A DNA stretch of 64,000 bases from Synechococcus sp. (GCA_047284725.1 JBJBEO010000001.1:1080203-1144202); one strand, 5' to 3'; shown: positions 51,256 through 62,054, numbered from the stretch's first letter. The notes: a model not told the origin generated them from the letters alone. Program-made: numbers and translations.

Positions 51256-52017
51256 ATGGCGGAACTGCGGCGCCTGTTGATCGCCCCGGATCGCCTGGAG
51301 CATGGTGGTGGCGCGCTTGCTCTGCAGCCGAAGGAACAGCATTACCTCAGGCGGGTCCTGAGGCTCCGTCCTGGCGATCCCTGTGCTGTGGTGGATGGCG
51401 TCGGCCACCTCTGGACTGCTGAACTGATCGATGGACAACGTCTCGCCTTCCCCCGCGGGGTGGATCACCCCTGCCTGGTGACGCCACCGCCAACCCCCCG
51501 CTTGGGATTGGCGGTGGTTGGTGTTCGGCGGGGAATGGATGCGCTGATGCGCATGGCTTGCGAGCTCGGGATTGACTGCATTCAGCCCCTCACCTCCGAA
51601 TGGCGCACCCCTCAGGCTGACGATCGCCCTGAACGTTGGCAAACAATTGTTGATGAAGCCGTTGAGCAGTGTGAGCGGCTCTGGACGCCAGCGTTGCGGC
51701 CGACCATGGAGGTGAAGGCCTGGTGGGCGTCGATGCCCGACACCAGTGCCTGTGCCGTTGCCACGACCCGCCAGGAGGGGATCTTGCATCTCACCGAGTG
51801 GCTGAGCGGGCTTGATCGCACCATGGGGGGTGAAGCCCCTGAACAGGTCTGGATCACGATCGGACCTGAAGCGGGATGGAGCGTCCGCGAACAGGAGGAG
51901 GCCCTGGGTTCAGGCTTCAGTGCCGTTCAACTGGGAGCGTCGATCCTGCGGACCTCCACAGCTGCTGTCAGCGCCGCCACCTTGATGACGACCTGGCGGG
52001 ACGCCAAGTCGTCTTGA
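51256..52017 (+). CDS. rsmE: 16S rRNA m3U1498 methyltransferase
   Basis: HYLRRVLRL, ELG, EAVEQCER, IGPEAGWS, LGASILRTSTA. Confidence 0.93.
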   Translation: MAELRRLLIAPDRLEHGGGALALQPKEQHYLRRVLRLRPGDPCAVVDGVGHLWTAELIDGQRLAFPRGVDHPCLVTPPPTPRLGLAVVGVRRGMDALMRMACELGIDCIQPLTSEWRTPQADDRPERWQTIVDEAVEQCERLWTPALRPTMEVKAWWASMPDTSACAVATTRQEGILHLTEWLSGLDRTMGGEAPEQVWITIGPEAGWSVREQEEALGSGFSAVQLGASILRTSTAAVSAATLMTTWRDAKSS

Positions 52018-52034
52018 TCACGCGATTCGACCGA

Positions 52035-52460
52035 TCAGAGGCTGTTTTCTCGGCCGGTGGAGGAACTCTTGAACAACTCGGAGGCCATGGAGCGGAAGCC
52101 CTTCAGATTGGCGCCCTGACGGCGACGCTGGGGGCGCAGGCCGTTGCCAGGCTGCAGCGCATTGGGCGCGTAGGTGGTCATGGTCACCGCAGGGCGTGCG
52201 GATTGCGCTGCGGCGAGTTCGGCTGCGATCGCCTCAGCCGTGGTCAGCGAGGGGCCCTTGGCCTTGGGCTTGTCGACTGCCTGGGGGGCCGGAGCCTCAG
52301 CAGGCGTTGGCTTAACCGCTTCAGCGGCTGGGGGGGTCTTGGCTGTCTTGGTCTCCTCAACGGCTTCGGTCCGCACCGGGGCGACCGTCACGGCAGGGGT
52401 GCTGGGGGGGGTGGAGTCCTGCTCCAACTCAAGGAAGAAGCCCTTCTTGTTGAACAGCAT
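52035..52460 (-). CDS. Hypothetical Ala/Pro-rich protein
   Basis: KGFFLEL start, LTTAEAIAAELAAA, RRRQGANLKGFRSMA. Confidence 0.72.
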   Translation of the reverse strand: MLFNKKGFFLELEQDSTPPSTPAVTVAPVRTEAVEETKTAKTPPAAEAVKPTPAEAPAPQAVDKPKAKGPSLTTAEAIAAELAAAQSARPAVTMTTYAPNALQPGNGLRPQRRRQGANLKGFRSMASELFKSSSTGRENSL

Positions 52461-52546
52461 GCCCGGATCCCAACAATGACCTGGGCTGATTATCCGTTGC
52501 CCGCGTCCCCCCTCGGTGGATGCTTAGGGCAGTGCAACACTGGCTG

Positions 52547-53299
52547 ATGCTCTTTCCTGCTTCCGATCCGCTGGTCTGGGCTGGGGCATTCGCGCTCAAC
52601 GGGGTCTTGATCGCCCTGGCTCAGCGGCTGCCGCTCCTGACGCGCTCCGGTTGGTGTCATGCCGGAATCCTGGGCACGATCCTCTGGGGATGTCTGGGTT
52701 GGCAGGGGTGGCTGATGGTGGTCAGCTATCTCGCCCTCGGCTCGCTCGTCACCCGGCTTGGCTTGAAGCGCAAGCAATCCCAGGGTCTGGCGGAGGCCAG
52801 AGGTGGCAGGCGCAGTCCAGCCAATGTCTGGGGATCAGCAGCGGTTGGCACCGTGCTGGCCTTGCTGGTGGGAGCTGGCGTGGGTGCTCGCGCTCTTTTG
52901 CTCCTGGGGTTTGCCGCCAGCTTCGCCGCCAAGCTGGCTGACACCTTTGGCAGTGAAATCGGTAAACGCTGGGGACGCACCACGGTGCTGATCACCACAT
53001 TGCGGCATGTGCCCCCAGGCACCGAGGGGGCGATCAGCCTGGAAGGAACGTTGGCCAGTGCCGCCGGCAGCGCTTTGATGACCCTGATCGCCGTCCTTCT
53101 GGGCCTTGTGCCACTGACTCGTGTCGTCTGGCTGGTGGTGATTGTCGGCCTCCTGGCCACGCTGTTGGAGAGCGTGATCGGTGCCGTGGCACAGCGGCGT
53201 TTGCCTTGGCTCAGCAACGAGCTGGTTAACGCCATCCAAACGGTGATTGCGGCAGGGCTGGCCATGGTGGCGGCGGCCCGATTTCAGCTGGTGCTCTGA
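52547..53299 (+). CDS. DUF92 (TIGR00297) membrane protein
   Basis: GGRRSPANVWGS, KLADTFGSEIG, PGTEGAISLEGT, NELVN. Confidence 0.9.
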   Translation: MLFPASDPLVWAGAFALNGVLIALAQRLPLLTRSGWCHAGILGTILWGCLGWQGWLMVVSYLALGSLVTRLGLKRKQSQGLAEARGGRRSPANVWGSAAVGTVLALLVGAGVGARALLLLGFAASFAAKLADTFGSEIGKRWGRTTVLITTLRHVPPGTEGAISLEGTLASAAGSALMTLIAVLLGLVPLTRVVWLVVIVGLLATLLESVIGAVAQRRLPWLSNELVNAIQTVIAAGLAMVAAARFQLVL

Positions 53300-54108
53300 A
53301 CCGAAGGCGTGGGATGCCTGCAGGCCAGCTGTTGCAGATTGTCCAGGGCTTGCCTGAGTTCAGCGCGGATGACCCTGCTGTTGATACCAGCGCTGACGCT
53401 GATCTGACGAAGGCTTTCGCCATGGATGTGATGGCGGATCAGCCATTGACGCGTTTGGTCGGGGAGTTGCTGCAGAGCCTGAAGAAGCCAATCTCTGGCC
53501 CCATCGTCGCCACCGTCATCCCTGCCATCCCTGAGCTGATCGAGCAGGCAGCCGTCTGAGGCATCACTGCTGCTGTCGCGATGCATCGGTTGGTGAAGGC
53601 TGATCAGCCGTTGTTGATCGTTCGCGGTGCAGGCCTCCTGCCAGCGTTGACGTGTCACTCCGAGGGCCTGCGCCAGACGGTCCGGTGACAGCAGCGGCAA
53701 TTGCTGGTGTTGCCGCTGCTGTTGCAGTCGCATTCCTTTGGCATGGAGGGACGCAAGCCTCCAGGGGATATGCAGCATCGCCTCGCGGTCCCTGCGGTAA
53801 TGAAGGATCTGACCTTGAGCCATGGCCACGCCGTAGCTGCTGAAGCGATGGCCACGGGAAGGTTCAAACCCGCTGACGGCTTTGATCAGGCCCAGACTGG
53901 CCTCCTGAAGCAAATCATCGAGAGCTCCGGTGCCCCGCGCCGACTGACGCTGGGCTGAGAGATGGGCGAGGCCGTAGTGCTGAAGCACCATGGCATTGCG
54001 GTGCGTGATGGTGGGTGCGAGTCCCCGTCGCTGCTCGCGGCGGATGCGCCGCTGTTGGCGTTGGGCGTCTGACAGAGAAGACATGGAAGGTGAAACCACT
54101 GCCTTCAC
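53284..54108 (-). CDS. Alternative sigma-70 factor (SigF/SigB-like, group 3)
   Basis: DDLLQEASLGLIKAV..FEPSRGHRFSSY..GQILHYRRD..IP; region 4 ESLRQIS. Confidence 0.85.
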   Translation of the reverse strand: MKAVVSPSMSSLSDAQRQQRRIRREQRRGLAPTITHRNAMVLQHYGLAHLSAQRQSARGTGALDDLLQEASLGLIKAVSGFEPSRGHRFSSYGVAMAQGQILHYRRDREAMLHIPWRLASLHAKGMRLQQQRQHQQLPLLSPDRLAQALGVTRQRWQEACTANDQQRLISLHQPMHRDSSSDASDGCLLDQLRDGRDDGGDDGARDWLLQALQQLPDQTRQWLIRHHIHGESLRQISVSAGINSRVIRAELRQALDNLQQLACRHPTPSVQSTS

Positions 54109-54248
54109 GCTCTGTCCGATCTCATCGACGGCCCTCCCCCGCTGGGAGGTTCCTGTTCATGCCTGAGAGGGAAGACAGCGCGTCGGCCGTGAGCCCGAAG
54201 GGATGGCTGTGCGGGTGTTGAAGCGTTCTGCCGGTGTCTTCTGCCGCT

Positions 54249-54503
54249 TCAGGAGGGGCTGCCAGGGAGAAATTCCTGCTTCAGCGCGGCGATCAGTTCG
54301 AGGCATGAACGCATCGGCATGCCGTTGTCGAGGCTGGGTTGGAGCTCCGACTCCAGCGCTTGAATCACGTCATCGGCGCGTTCACCGCGTTTGATCAGCT
54401 CCCTCACCGCGAGGATGGCCGCCTCTTCGGTGAAGCCCAGGAGATAGTCCTTGAGTTGGCTTGTGGAGGCCTGGGCAATGATGGCTGCGGTGGGGTTCGG
54501 CAC
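54249..54503 (-). CDS. Hypothetical protein (84 aa, helical)
   Basis: Fills the gap between the GDSL and sigma genes in the same orientation. Confidence 0.55.
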   Translation of the reverse strand: MPNPTAAIIAQASTSQLKDYLLGFTEEAAILAVRELIKRGERADDVIQALESELQPSLDNGMPMRSCLELIAALKQEFLPGSPS

Positions 54504-54548
54504 AGATGCAGTGCTGAATGTCTGACTTTACGAAGGCTGATTCCGCCC

Positions 54549-55226
54549 TCAATTGGATCGCGGTGTGCGTTGCGGTTGCGCTTCCAGACCGGCCCAATCC
54601 CGCAAGGCTGGCCACTGCATCAGACGTTGGTGAATCCAATGATGCCCCCCTGCATTGAGATGGATGCCATCGGGTTCCACCCAGCCCAGCCAGCCCGGCT
54701 GCTGCTGCATGGCCTGATGCAGCGGCAGGAAGGGCACGTCTGCGTCCAGACAGGCTTCTTCGAGCAGGGCTTCGTAGATCGCGATGGAGGCGTTGTCATA
54801 CCAGAGGCACTCCGCAAACGGCATCGACTGTTCGTCGACCGCGGTGAGACCGACCACCATCACCTGTGTGCGCAGCTGCATCGCACGAATCAGTTGCTCC
54901 GCACCGAAGCGATAGGCATCGACGGAGAGCTGCGGCCGTCCATCGACTCGGCCCACCCGGGCGGTGTCATTCAGACCCACCGCCAGCACCAGGCCTGCGG
55001 GGACCTGGCGTCGCAGCTCGCCGCGACACCCCCATTCCTGTTCCCAGCGTTTGGACACGTTCTCGAGGCCATCGCCCCGGACCCCCAGGCTGTACACAAC
55101 GGGTGCATCCGGGGTCTGCATCCAGGTGCGCCGCAGTCGTTCGCACCAGCCACCGCCATCGCGATCGCCCCATCCATACACGCCGCTATCGCCGACCACC
55201 GTGAGCTGGCGAGGTGCTGATGCCAT
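54549..55226 (-). CDS. GDSL/SGNH hydrolase
   Basis: VGDSGVYGWGD, GVRGD, VGLND, DGIHLN. Confidence 0.9.
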   Translation of the reverse strand: MASAPRQLTVVGDSGVYGWGDRDGGGWCERLRRTWMQTPDAPVVYSLGVRGDGLENVSKRWEQEWGCRGELRRQVPAGLVLAVGLNDTARVGRVDGRPQLSVDAYRFGAEQLIRAMQLRTQVMVVGLTAVDEQSMPFAECLWYDNASIAIYEALLEEACLDADVPFLPLHQAMQQQPGWLGWVEPDGIHLNAGGHHWIHQRLMQWPALRDWAGLEAQPQRTPRSN

Positions 55227-55260
55227 CAATGAACACTGCGTTGCTGCCAACTCTGCAGGA

Positions 55261-56814
55261 TCAGGACGGAGCGGAGTCACCGAGCGTTCGCAACCACCGT
55301 TGTCTGAGCCCATCACTGATCGCTTCACCCACCAGGGTGAGCACGGAGAAACAGACGATCAACAGCAGCACAGCTGCCCAGTGAAAGGAACTCAGCGACT
55401 CAATCAGCATCCACCCCAGTCCTGTGCCCCCCACCAGCCCCACCACAACGGTTTCCCGCAGGATCACATCCGTGCGATAGGCCCCATAGGCCAGGTGGGA
55501 ACGGCTCTGCGGACTCAGCGCTCCCACCAGCCAGGCCTGCCTGACCCCTGCCCCTGTGGCTTGGATCGCCCTGAGGGGTTGCTGGCTCTGCTGGTCCAAG
55601 CCTTCGTTGAGCAGCCTTCCCATCACCCCGGCGTTCTGAAGTCCGAGGGCCAGGGCTGCCAGCGCCAGGCTCGGCACATTGGCCAGCAGCAGCATCAGCA
55701 GTGTCAGGGGTGGTGGAAGCACTCTGATCAAGGTCCAGGCGGCCAGCAGCAGCTGTCTGGCGATTCCATCGGGCAACAGAAGCAGGCAAAGCGGAGGCAG
55801 GCCAATGGCGATGCCCGCCGCCAGGAGGGTGAGCTCCAGGGTCTGTTGCAACAGCATCAGCCAGGGCAATTCCAGTGCCGCCGCCTGGATGGCGCTGAGA
55901 TCGGGCCAAGGGGGAAGCATCCATTGCAGCGGCATGGCGCTGTCTCCCAGCAGTTGGTTCAGCCAGTGACCACCCATCAGGAAGGCCATCACCACCAGGC
56001 TCATCCCCATCACACCACCCCAGGGCGTGGGCCGGCGCCGTTGCTGTCGACGCCACAACGCCAACACCTGCTCCAAACCGACACTGAGGCCAATCAGCAG
56101 CCAGAGGCCCGTCCAGAATTCGTTGAAGCGCAGGGATTGCAAGGTGAGTTGCAGTTCGGTGCCGATGCCGCCGAGGCCGAACACCCCGAGCAGGGTGGCG
56201 CTGCGCAGCGCGCATTCCAGCCGGTACCCTCCGTAGCTCATCAGGATCGGCTGCAGGGGAGGCCCCAGGCTGGTCAGTAACGCTTCAGGTGCTGAGGCTC
56301 CACCCGTCAGCAAGGCCTTCAGAGGACGACGATCCAGGCTGTCGAGCTGATCGCGGATGACGCGCCCCACAAGCGCGGAATACGGGATGGTGATGGCGGC
56401 GACGGCCACCCAGGGGTGGAGGCCCACCACCTGCAGTAACAGCAGTCCCCAGAGCAATTCATGGACGGCTCTCGGCAGGGCGAAAAGCTTGCGCAAGCAG
56501 CCTGCTGGCCAGGTGGGCAGGCGGTAGCTCCACCACAGCACGTCACTGCTGACGATTCCCACGATCAGGCCCAGGAGCGTGCTGAGCCCCCATCCCACCA
56601 GTGCTGTTGCCAGGGTGACCTGGAGGCCCTGGCGAAGCGACTGAAGCAGGAATGGATCGCTGCTGGGCTGCACGGCAGCTGTGAGGAATTGGCCCCAACT
56701 CTCCAGCCCTCCGCTATGAAGTCCTGACGCGACAATCCACAGCACTGGCACAAGAGCCAGGCCAGGCAGCAAGCACAACAGAGCAGGACTGGGACGCAGC
56801 CAACGCCGCTTCAT
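55261..56814 (-). CDS. phnE: Phosphonate/phosphite ABC permease (duplicated PhnE domains)
   Basis: YRLECALRSATLLGVFGLGGIG and YRTDVILRETVVVGLVGGTGLG. Confidence 0.88.
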   Translation of the reverse strand: MKRRWLRPSPALLCLLPGLALVPVLWIVASGLHSGGLESWGQFLTAAVQPSSDPFLLQSLRQGLQVTLATALVGWGLSTLLGLIVGIVSSDVLWWSYRLPTWPAGCLRKLFALPRAVHELLWGLLLLQVVGLHPWVAVAAITIPYSALVGRVIRDQLDSLDRRPLKALLTGGASAPEALLTSLGPPLQPILMSYGGYRLECALRSATLLGVFGLGGIGTELQLTLQSLRFNEFWTGLWLLIGLSVGLEQVLALWRRQQRRRPTPWGGVMGMSLVVMAFLMGGHWLNQLLGDSAMPLQWMLPPWPDLSAIQAAALELPWLMLLQQTLELTLLAAGIAIGLPPLCLLLLPDGIARQLLLAAWTLIRVLPPPLTLLMLLLANVPSLALAALALGLQNAGVMGRLLNEGLDQQSQQPLRAIQATGAGVRQAWLVGALSPQSRSHLAYGAYRTDVILRETVVVGLVGGTGLGWMLIESLSSFHWAAVLLLIVCFSVLTLVGEAISDGLRQRWLRTLGDSAPS

Positions 56815-57587
56815 TGCACAGACTCAGGACGGGTTGGACCAGGACGTCGTTGATACAGCTCCGTGAGTTGTTCCTGGGTGACGTCGGCCGCCGATGTGTC
56901 GAGGACAACCTCGCCTTGTCTCAGGCCAATCACCCGGTCGAAACGATGAATCAGGTCGGGTCGATGCAGGCAGATCACCGTGCATCGGGGCAGTGGGTCT
57001 GCCGGGCTGGACGGGCACTGGCGCAACAGCGTATTCAGCAGCTCGTCCACCAGGGCAGGATCCAGGCTGGAGAGAGGTTCATCCGCCAGCACCAGTTCGG
57101 GTTGCTGCCGGAACAGTCGGGCCAGGGCGACCCGCTGTCGCTGCCCCCCTGATAACGCTGAAACGGGACGATCAACCAGCTCTGGCGCCAGTCCCGCCTG
57201 GTGAAGGCAGTCCACACAGGCGGATTGCTCCAGGGGAAACAGCAGATTGGCCAAGGCCCACCCCAGGGATCGACGGCCCAGGGCTCCGCAATTCACGTTC
57301 TGTGCCACCGTCAGTTCCTCCACCAGGTGCAGGTCCTGCCAGAGGGTGCCGATCCTGCGTCGGTCGCGTCTGGAGCGTTTCACCAGGGGTGTGCCCCGCC
57401 ACGACACCTGGCCGGAACTGGGCTTGATGCTGCCGTTGGCCACGGCCAGCAGGCTGCTTTTGCCAGCGCCGCTCGGGCCGAGCAGCGCCACCGTCTCTCC
57501 GGCCTTGAGCCTGATGGAGACCTGCATCAGGCGAGGGCCATTGCGACCGAGCAAGCCAACGTTGTCGAGCTCGAGCAGCGTGCTCAC
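56811..57587 (-). CDS. phnC: Phosphonate/phosphite ABC ATP-binding protein
   Basis: GPSGAGKS, LSGGQRQRV, LADEPLSSLDP, LH; GTG start overlaps the phnD stop. Confidence 0.88.
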   Translation of the reverse strand: MSTLLELDNVGLLGRNGPRLMQVSIRLKAGETVALLGPSGAGKSSLLAVANGSIKPSSGQVSWRGTPLVKRSRRDRRRIGTLWQDLHLVEELTVAQNVNCGALGRRSLGWALANLLFPLEQSACVDCLHQAGLAPELVDRPVSALSGGQRQRVALARLFRQQPELVLADEPLSSLDPALVDELLNTLLRQCPSSPADPLPRCTVICLHRPDLIHRFDRVIGLRQGEVVLDTSAADVTQEQLTELYQRRPGPTRPESVQ

Positions 57588-58483
57588 CGGATCTTGCCCA
57601 GCTTCCTCCCCACGGACTCGATCGATTCGTACTGCGACGCAGTTGCAGGAATGAAGGCCTTGGCTGCAAACAGATTCAGGATCGTTTTGCCATTGGTGGT
57701 GGTGGGCTTGATCCCCAGAATCGCTTTCTGAAGCCTGGTGGTGAAGCCGGTTCCAAACCGTTTGTCGAGCCCTGGACGGGCCACCCAGTGGTAATCCACG
57801 TAGGTGGGAGTCCGCCAGATCACCCGCACTTTGCTGGGATTCACCGCACCCGACTGGACCGCACTGGTCCACACCTGTTCATTCAGCGCGCCTGCCTGGT
57901 AAGAACCGCTCTTCACGAGCGCAATGGTGGCGTCGTGACTGCCACTGAAGCCAGGCCTGCCTCCAGAGAAATCGGCCGGGGTGAGGCCTGCCTTCTGGAG
58001 GAAATACTGCGGCATCAACCGCCCTGACGTTGAACTCTCGGAGCCGAATGTGAAGCGGCTTCCCTTCAGTGCTTTGAGCCCCGGAAGGCTGCTGATCGGT
58101 TGCAGACCCGACTGGGGGTTGGCAATGAAAACGGAGCGGAATTTCGCATCGATATCCCGTTGCGCCAGCACCGTCGCCCCAGGGGTTTGCAGGCGTGCCT
58201 GCACGCCGGTCAATCCACCGAACCAGACCAGGTCAAGGCCGCCGGTCCGGAAGGCACTGACCGCAGCCGGGTAGTTGCTGACCGGCACATAGCGCACAGG
58301 AACCTGCAGCGTTCGGCTCAGGTCCTTGGCCAACAGTCCATAGAGGCGGTTCAATTTCTCCGGGTTCTGATCAGGGATTGCCCCAATGCGCAGTGCCTCA
58401 ACGGCCCAAGTCGGCAAGGCCGTCGTCGTCAGACTGCAGAGCAGGGCCAGGCAGACGACGGCCCGATGTTCTCGTGCTGGCAT
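57584..58483 (-). CDS. phnD: PhnD-family substrate-binding protein
   Basis: AIPDQNP, WFGGLTGVQAR, SSTSGRLMP, GSHDAT, DYHW. Confidence 0.9.
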   Translation of the reverse strand: MPAREHRAVVCLALLCSLTTTALPTWAVEALRIGAIPDQNPEKLNRLYGLLAKDLSRTLQVPVRYVPVSNYPAAVSAFRTGGLDLVWFGGLTGVQARLQTPGATVLAQRDIDAKFRSVFIANPQSGLQPISSLPGLKALKGSRFTFGSESSTSGRLMPQYFLQKAGLTPADFSGGRPGFSGSHDATIALVKSGSYQAGALNEQVWTSAVQSGAVNPSKVRVIWRTPTYVDYHWVARPGLDKRFGTGFTTRLQKAILGIKPTTTNGKTILNLFAAKAFIPATASQYESIESVGRKLGKIR

Positions 58484-58513
58484 GAATGGTGGGGAATGCG
58501 TTGAAGTGGGTGA

Positions 58514-59695
58514 CTAGGTCTGGTTGGCGATCAGGCGCTTCATCCTGCTGAGACCCTCCACGATCGTCTCATGCGACACGGCGCAAGAAAGTCGCACGCA
58601 GCGGTCGTTGCCGAAGGCCGCACCGGGCACCAACGCCAGGCCCTCCTGTTCCAGGGCTGTCTCGCAGAAGCTGAGGGAGTCGCTGCAATGGTCTGGGAGC
58701 TGAGGGAAGGCGTAGAAAGCGCCCCGAGGAACGGCGAGGGTGAGACCGTCCATGGCCTGGAGCCCCTCCACCAGCAGGCGCCGGCGGCGGTTGTAGCTGG
58801 CTGCCATGGCGGTGACGCAGTCGTGGGGACCGCGTAACGCGGCCAGGGCACCCCGCTGGGCAAAACTGCATACATTGCTGGTGCTCTGACTCTGGAGTGC
58901 AGCTGCGGCTTTGATCACCTCTGAGCGTCCAGCGAGATATCCGAGGCGCCAACCAGTCATCGCCCAGCCTTTGGCGAATCCATTCACCACAAAGGTGCGA
59001 TCGGCCAGGTCCGGCGCCACGGAGGCAAAGCTGTGGTGGGTTTCCCCCTCCTCAAGCAGATATTCGTAGATCTCATCGCTCATCACGAGGAGCTGGGGGT
59101 GGCGACGCACAAGTTCAGCCACGGCCTCCAGTTCCTCCCGGTCGCTGACCCGACCTGTGGGGTTGCTGGGGGTATTGATCACCAGCAGTTTCGTCTGCGG
59201 CGTGATCGCTGCTTCCAGCGCCTGCAGGTCGAGCTTGAAGCCCTGCTCGGCCGAGGAGGAAATCACAACGGGTTCCGCTCCTGCCAGCTTGGCCATCTCC
59301 GGATAACTCAGCCAGTAGGGCGCAGGGATCAGCACCTGATCTCCTGGATTCAGCACGACCTGGAACAGGTTGAAGATGGCCTGCTTGCCACCGTTGGTGA
59401 CCAGGACGTTGTCGGCCTTGGAGGCAATGCCGTTGTGGCGCGTCAGTTTGTCGGCGATGGCGTGCCGCAATTCCGGATCGCCCGCGGCGGGGCCGTAGCG
59501 GGTGATGCCGTCATGCAACGCCTTGATGGCTGCTTCGGTAATGAAGTCAGGCGTGTTGAAGTCAGGTTCCCCGGCCGACATGCTGCAGATGTCGCGGCCT
59601 TCCTGCTGCAGCGCTTTGGCACGTGCGCTGATGGCCAGGGTGAGGGAGGGTTTGAGGGCGACAGCCCGTTGAGAGAGCAGGGACGGGCTGGACAT
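58514..59695 (-). CDS. aspC: Aspartate aminotransferase (class I/II PLP)
   Basis: AGEPDF, NGGKQA, PYWLSY, NTPSNPTG, SDEIY, KGWAMTGWRLG. Confidence 0.93.
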   Translation of the reverse strand: MSSPSLLSQRAVALKPSLTLAISARAKALQQEGRDICSMSAGEPDFNTPDFITEAAIKALHDGITRYGPAAGDPELRHAIADKLTRHNGIASKADNVLVTNGGKQAIFNLFQVVLNPGDQVLIPAPYWLSYPEMAKLAGAEPVVISSSAEQGFKLDLQALEAAITPQTKLLVINTPSNPTGRVSDREELEAVAELVRRHPQLLVMSDEIYEYLLEEGETHHSFASVAPDLADRTFVVNGFAKGWAMTGWRLGYLAGRSEVIKAAAALQSQSTSNVCSFAQRGALAALRGPHDCVTAMAASYNRRRRLLVEGLQAMDGLTLAVPRGAFYAFPQLPDHCSDSLSFCETALEQEGLALVPGAAFGNDRCVRLSCAVSHETIVEGLSRMKRLIANQT

Positions 59696-59805
59696 CAAGG
59701 CGGCACCCCTCCAGCGGGTGCGCAGGTAGCCACCATCCTGCCTGATCTGCTGCCGCCGGCCAGGAGGTTTGGGCCAACATCAGTCGACATTCACGAATCT
59801 GTTGC

Positions 59806-60207
59806 ATGGCTGGCTTGGAACCCCTCGAGCGGCAGCTGAGTTGGGTGCTTGCCTCGTCTGATCCAGAGCGGATGGCCCTGTTTTATGCCGCTCTGCTGGA
59901 GGTGAACCCGCGGCCGGGATTCTCGTCTGCCCATTGGCTGGTCACCACGGCCGCCGGCGTTGATCTGCAGTTCTACCGACCGTCTCGGCAGCGTCGATTG
60001 GCCGCTCAGGGCAGGGCCTGGTCGCCCTGTTTCTGCCAACGGTCGGAGCAGGATCCGCTGCAGCACCTTGAGCACTGGTGTGAACGGGCTTGCCACCGGG
60101 GCGCGCAGCGACTGGATCCTCCCCGCCTCGAGCCGTTCGGGGCTGAATGCTGGCTGAAGGATCCTGATGGCAATGATTTTCTGTTGTTGGTGACGCCCAC
60201 GTCGTGA
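59806..60207 (+). CDS. VOC/glyoxalase family protein
   Basis: DPERMALFYAALL..FGAECWLKDPDGN. Confidence 0.82.
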   Translation: MAGLEPLERQLSWVLASSDPERMALFYAALLEVNPRPGFSSAHWLVTTAAGVDLQFYRPSRQRRLAAQGRAWSPCFCQRSEQDPLQHLEHWCERACHRGAQRLDPPRLEPFGAECWLKDPDGNDFLLLVTPTS

Positions 60208-60219
60208 TCACACCATCGC

Positions 60220-60837
60220 TTGGAGCCCGTGTCTGATTCGCTGACGTTTGATGCCGCCTGGCTGGCCCGTTGCAGGGCCTGCCGCCACTGTGATCTCGCT
60301 TCCACACGACAGCATGTGGTGGTCAGCCGTGGCAATCCCGAGGCCAGGGTGATGGTGATCGGTGAAGCGCCCGGCGCCAGTGAGGATGCCCGTGGACTGC
60401 CGTTTGTCGGGCGTTCCGGTCAATTGCTGGATCAGTTGTTGCAGCTGGCGGGACTGGATCCTGCAGAGGATGTGTTTGTCACCAATGTGGTGAAGTGCCG
60501 GCCACCCAGCAACCGCAAGCCGACCGCCGTTGAACTCAGGTCTTGCCGCCCCTGGATCAATGACCAGATCGCCTGGGTCAACCCCGCTGTGGTGATTCTT
60601 GTGGGCGCTACAGCGGTCGCCGCCATGTTGAACAGCAAGCAGGCCATGCGTGGTTTGCGGGGGCGATGGATTCGTCGCGATGACCGGCTGTGGATGCCGA
60701 TCTTCCACCCGTCCTATCTGCTGCGCAATCCATCGCGCGAACCAGGCAAGCCAGTGTCCCTGACGGTTGCTGATCTCCGTCAGGTGCAGGAGTGGTTATG
60801 TCAGGGTGAACCTGCATCCGGTGCGCCGAACCCTTGA
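60220..60837 (+). CDS. udg: Family 4 uracil-DNA glycosylase
   Basis: [35 protein letters not shown]. Confidence 0.93.
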   Translation: MEPVSDSLTFDAAWLARCRACRHCDLASTRQHVVVSRGNPEARVMVIGEAPGASEDARGLPFVGRSGQLLDQLLQLAGLDPAEDVFVTNVVKCRPPSNRKPTAVELRSCRPWINDQIAWVNPAVVILVGATAVAAMLNSKQAMRGLRGRWIRRDDRLWMPIFHPSYLLRNPSREPGKPVSLTVADLRQVQEWLCQGEPASGAPNP

Positions 60838-62054
60838 CAGCCACTTCCGTCTCTGCCATCAACGCGCAGTCCCGGCGCTACGACACCCAGATCCATCGAC
60901 GCGTCACCCGGACGGTGATGGTGGGAGAGGTGCCGATCGGCAGTGAGCACCCGGTGGTGGTGCAGTCGATGATCAACGAGGACACCCTCGACATTGAGGC
61001 AGCCGTTGCTGGGATTCAGCGTCTGGCGGAGGCAGGTTGCGAAATCGTCAGGGTCACAACCCCCTCCATGGCCCACGCCAAAGCCATGGGAGAGATCCGA
61101 TCAGCCTTGCGTGCTCAGGGCTGCACGGTCCCGCTCGTGGCGGACGTTCACCACAACGGCATCCGTATCGCTCTTGAGGTGGCCAAGCATGTCGACAAGG
61201 TCCGCATCAATCCAGGGCTGTTTGTGTTTGACAAACCTGACCCCTCCCGGCAGGAGTTCAGCCAGGACGAATTTGAAGCCATTGGCCAGCGCATCAAGCA
61301 GGATTTTCTGCCTTTGGTGGAGTTGCTGAAGGCGCAGAACAAAGCGCTGCGCATTGGTGTGAATCATGGTTCTCTTGCGGAACGAATGCTCTTCACCCAC
61401 GGTGATACCCCCAAGGGGATGGTGGAATCCGCGATGGAATTCGTTCGCATCTGCGATGAACTCGACTTCCACAACATCATCATTTCGATGAAGGCTTCAA
61501 GGGCTCCTGTGATGCTTGCGGCCTATCGCCTGATGGCGGACACCCTCGATGCCGAAGGGTTCAACTATCCGCTTCACCTCGGTGTGACTGAGGCGGGTGA
61601 TGGTGATTACGGCCGCGTCAAGAGCACTGCAGGCATCGCCACCCTGCTGGCTGAAGGCCTGGGCGACACCATCCGTGTGTCTCTCACCGAAGCCCCTGAG
61701 AAAGAGATTCCTGTGTGCTTCTCGATTCTTCAGGCCCTTGGCCTGCGCAAAACCATGGTGGAGTATGTGGCCTGTCCAAGCTGCGGTCGCACTTTGTTTA
61801 ATCTCGAGGATGTGCTCAATCAGGTGCGTGACGCCACGTCGCATCTGACGGGTCTCGACATCGCCGTGATGGGATGCATTGTCAACGGCCCCGGTGAGAT
61901 GGCTGATGCTGACTACGGTTATGTCGGCAAAACCCCTGGGGTGATTTCCCTTTATCGCGGTCGTGATGAGATCCGTAAGGTGCCTGAACAGGAGGGGGTT
62001 GCCGCTCTGATTCAGTTGATCAAGGATGACGGGCGCTGGGTGGAACCGGCTTGA
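60834..62054 (+). CDS. ispG: HMBPP synthase
   Basis: [49 protein letters not shown]. Confidence 0.98.
   Translation: MTATSVSAINAQSRRYDTQIHRRVTRTVMVGEVPIGSEHPVVVQSMINEDTLDIEAAVAGIQRLAEAGCEIVRVTTPSMAHAKAMGEIRSALRAQGCTVPLVADVHHNGIRIALEVAKHVDKVRINPGLFVFDKPDPSRQEFSQDEFEAIGQRIKQDFLPLVELLKAQNKALRIGVNHGSLAERMLFTHGDTPKGMVESAMEFVRICDELDFHNIIISMKASRAPVMLAAYRLMADTLDAEGFNYPLHLGVTEAGDGDYGRVKSTAGIATLLAEGLGDTIRVSLTEAPEKEIPVCFSILQALGLRKTMVEYVACPSCGRTLFNLEDVLNQVRDATSHLTGLDIAVMGCIVNGPGEMADADYGYVGKTPGVISLYRGRDEIRKVPEQEGVAALIQLIKDDGRWVEPA

Noticed and set aside
56811..57872. 353-aa N-terminally extended phnC from the ORF track
   Set aside because: Extension overlaps phnD by ~290 bp; GTG at 57587 coupled to the phnD stop is more plausible.
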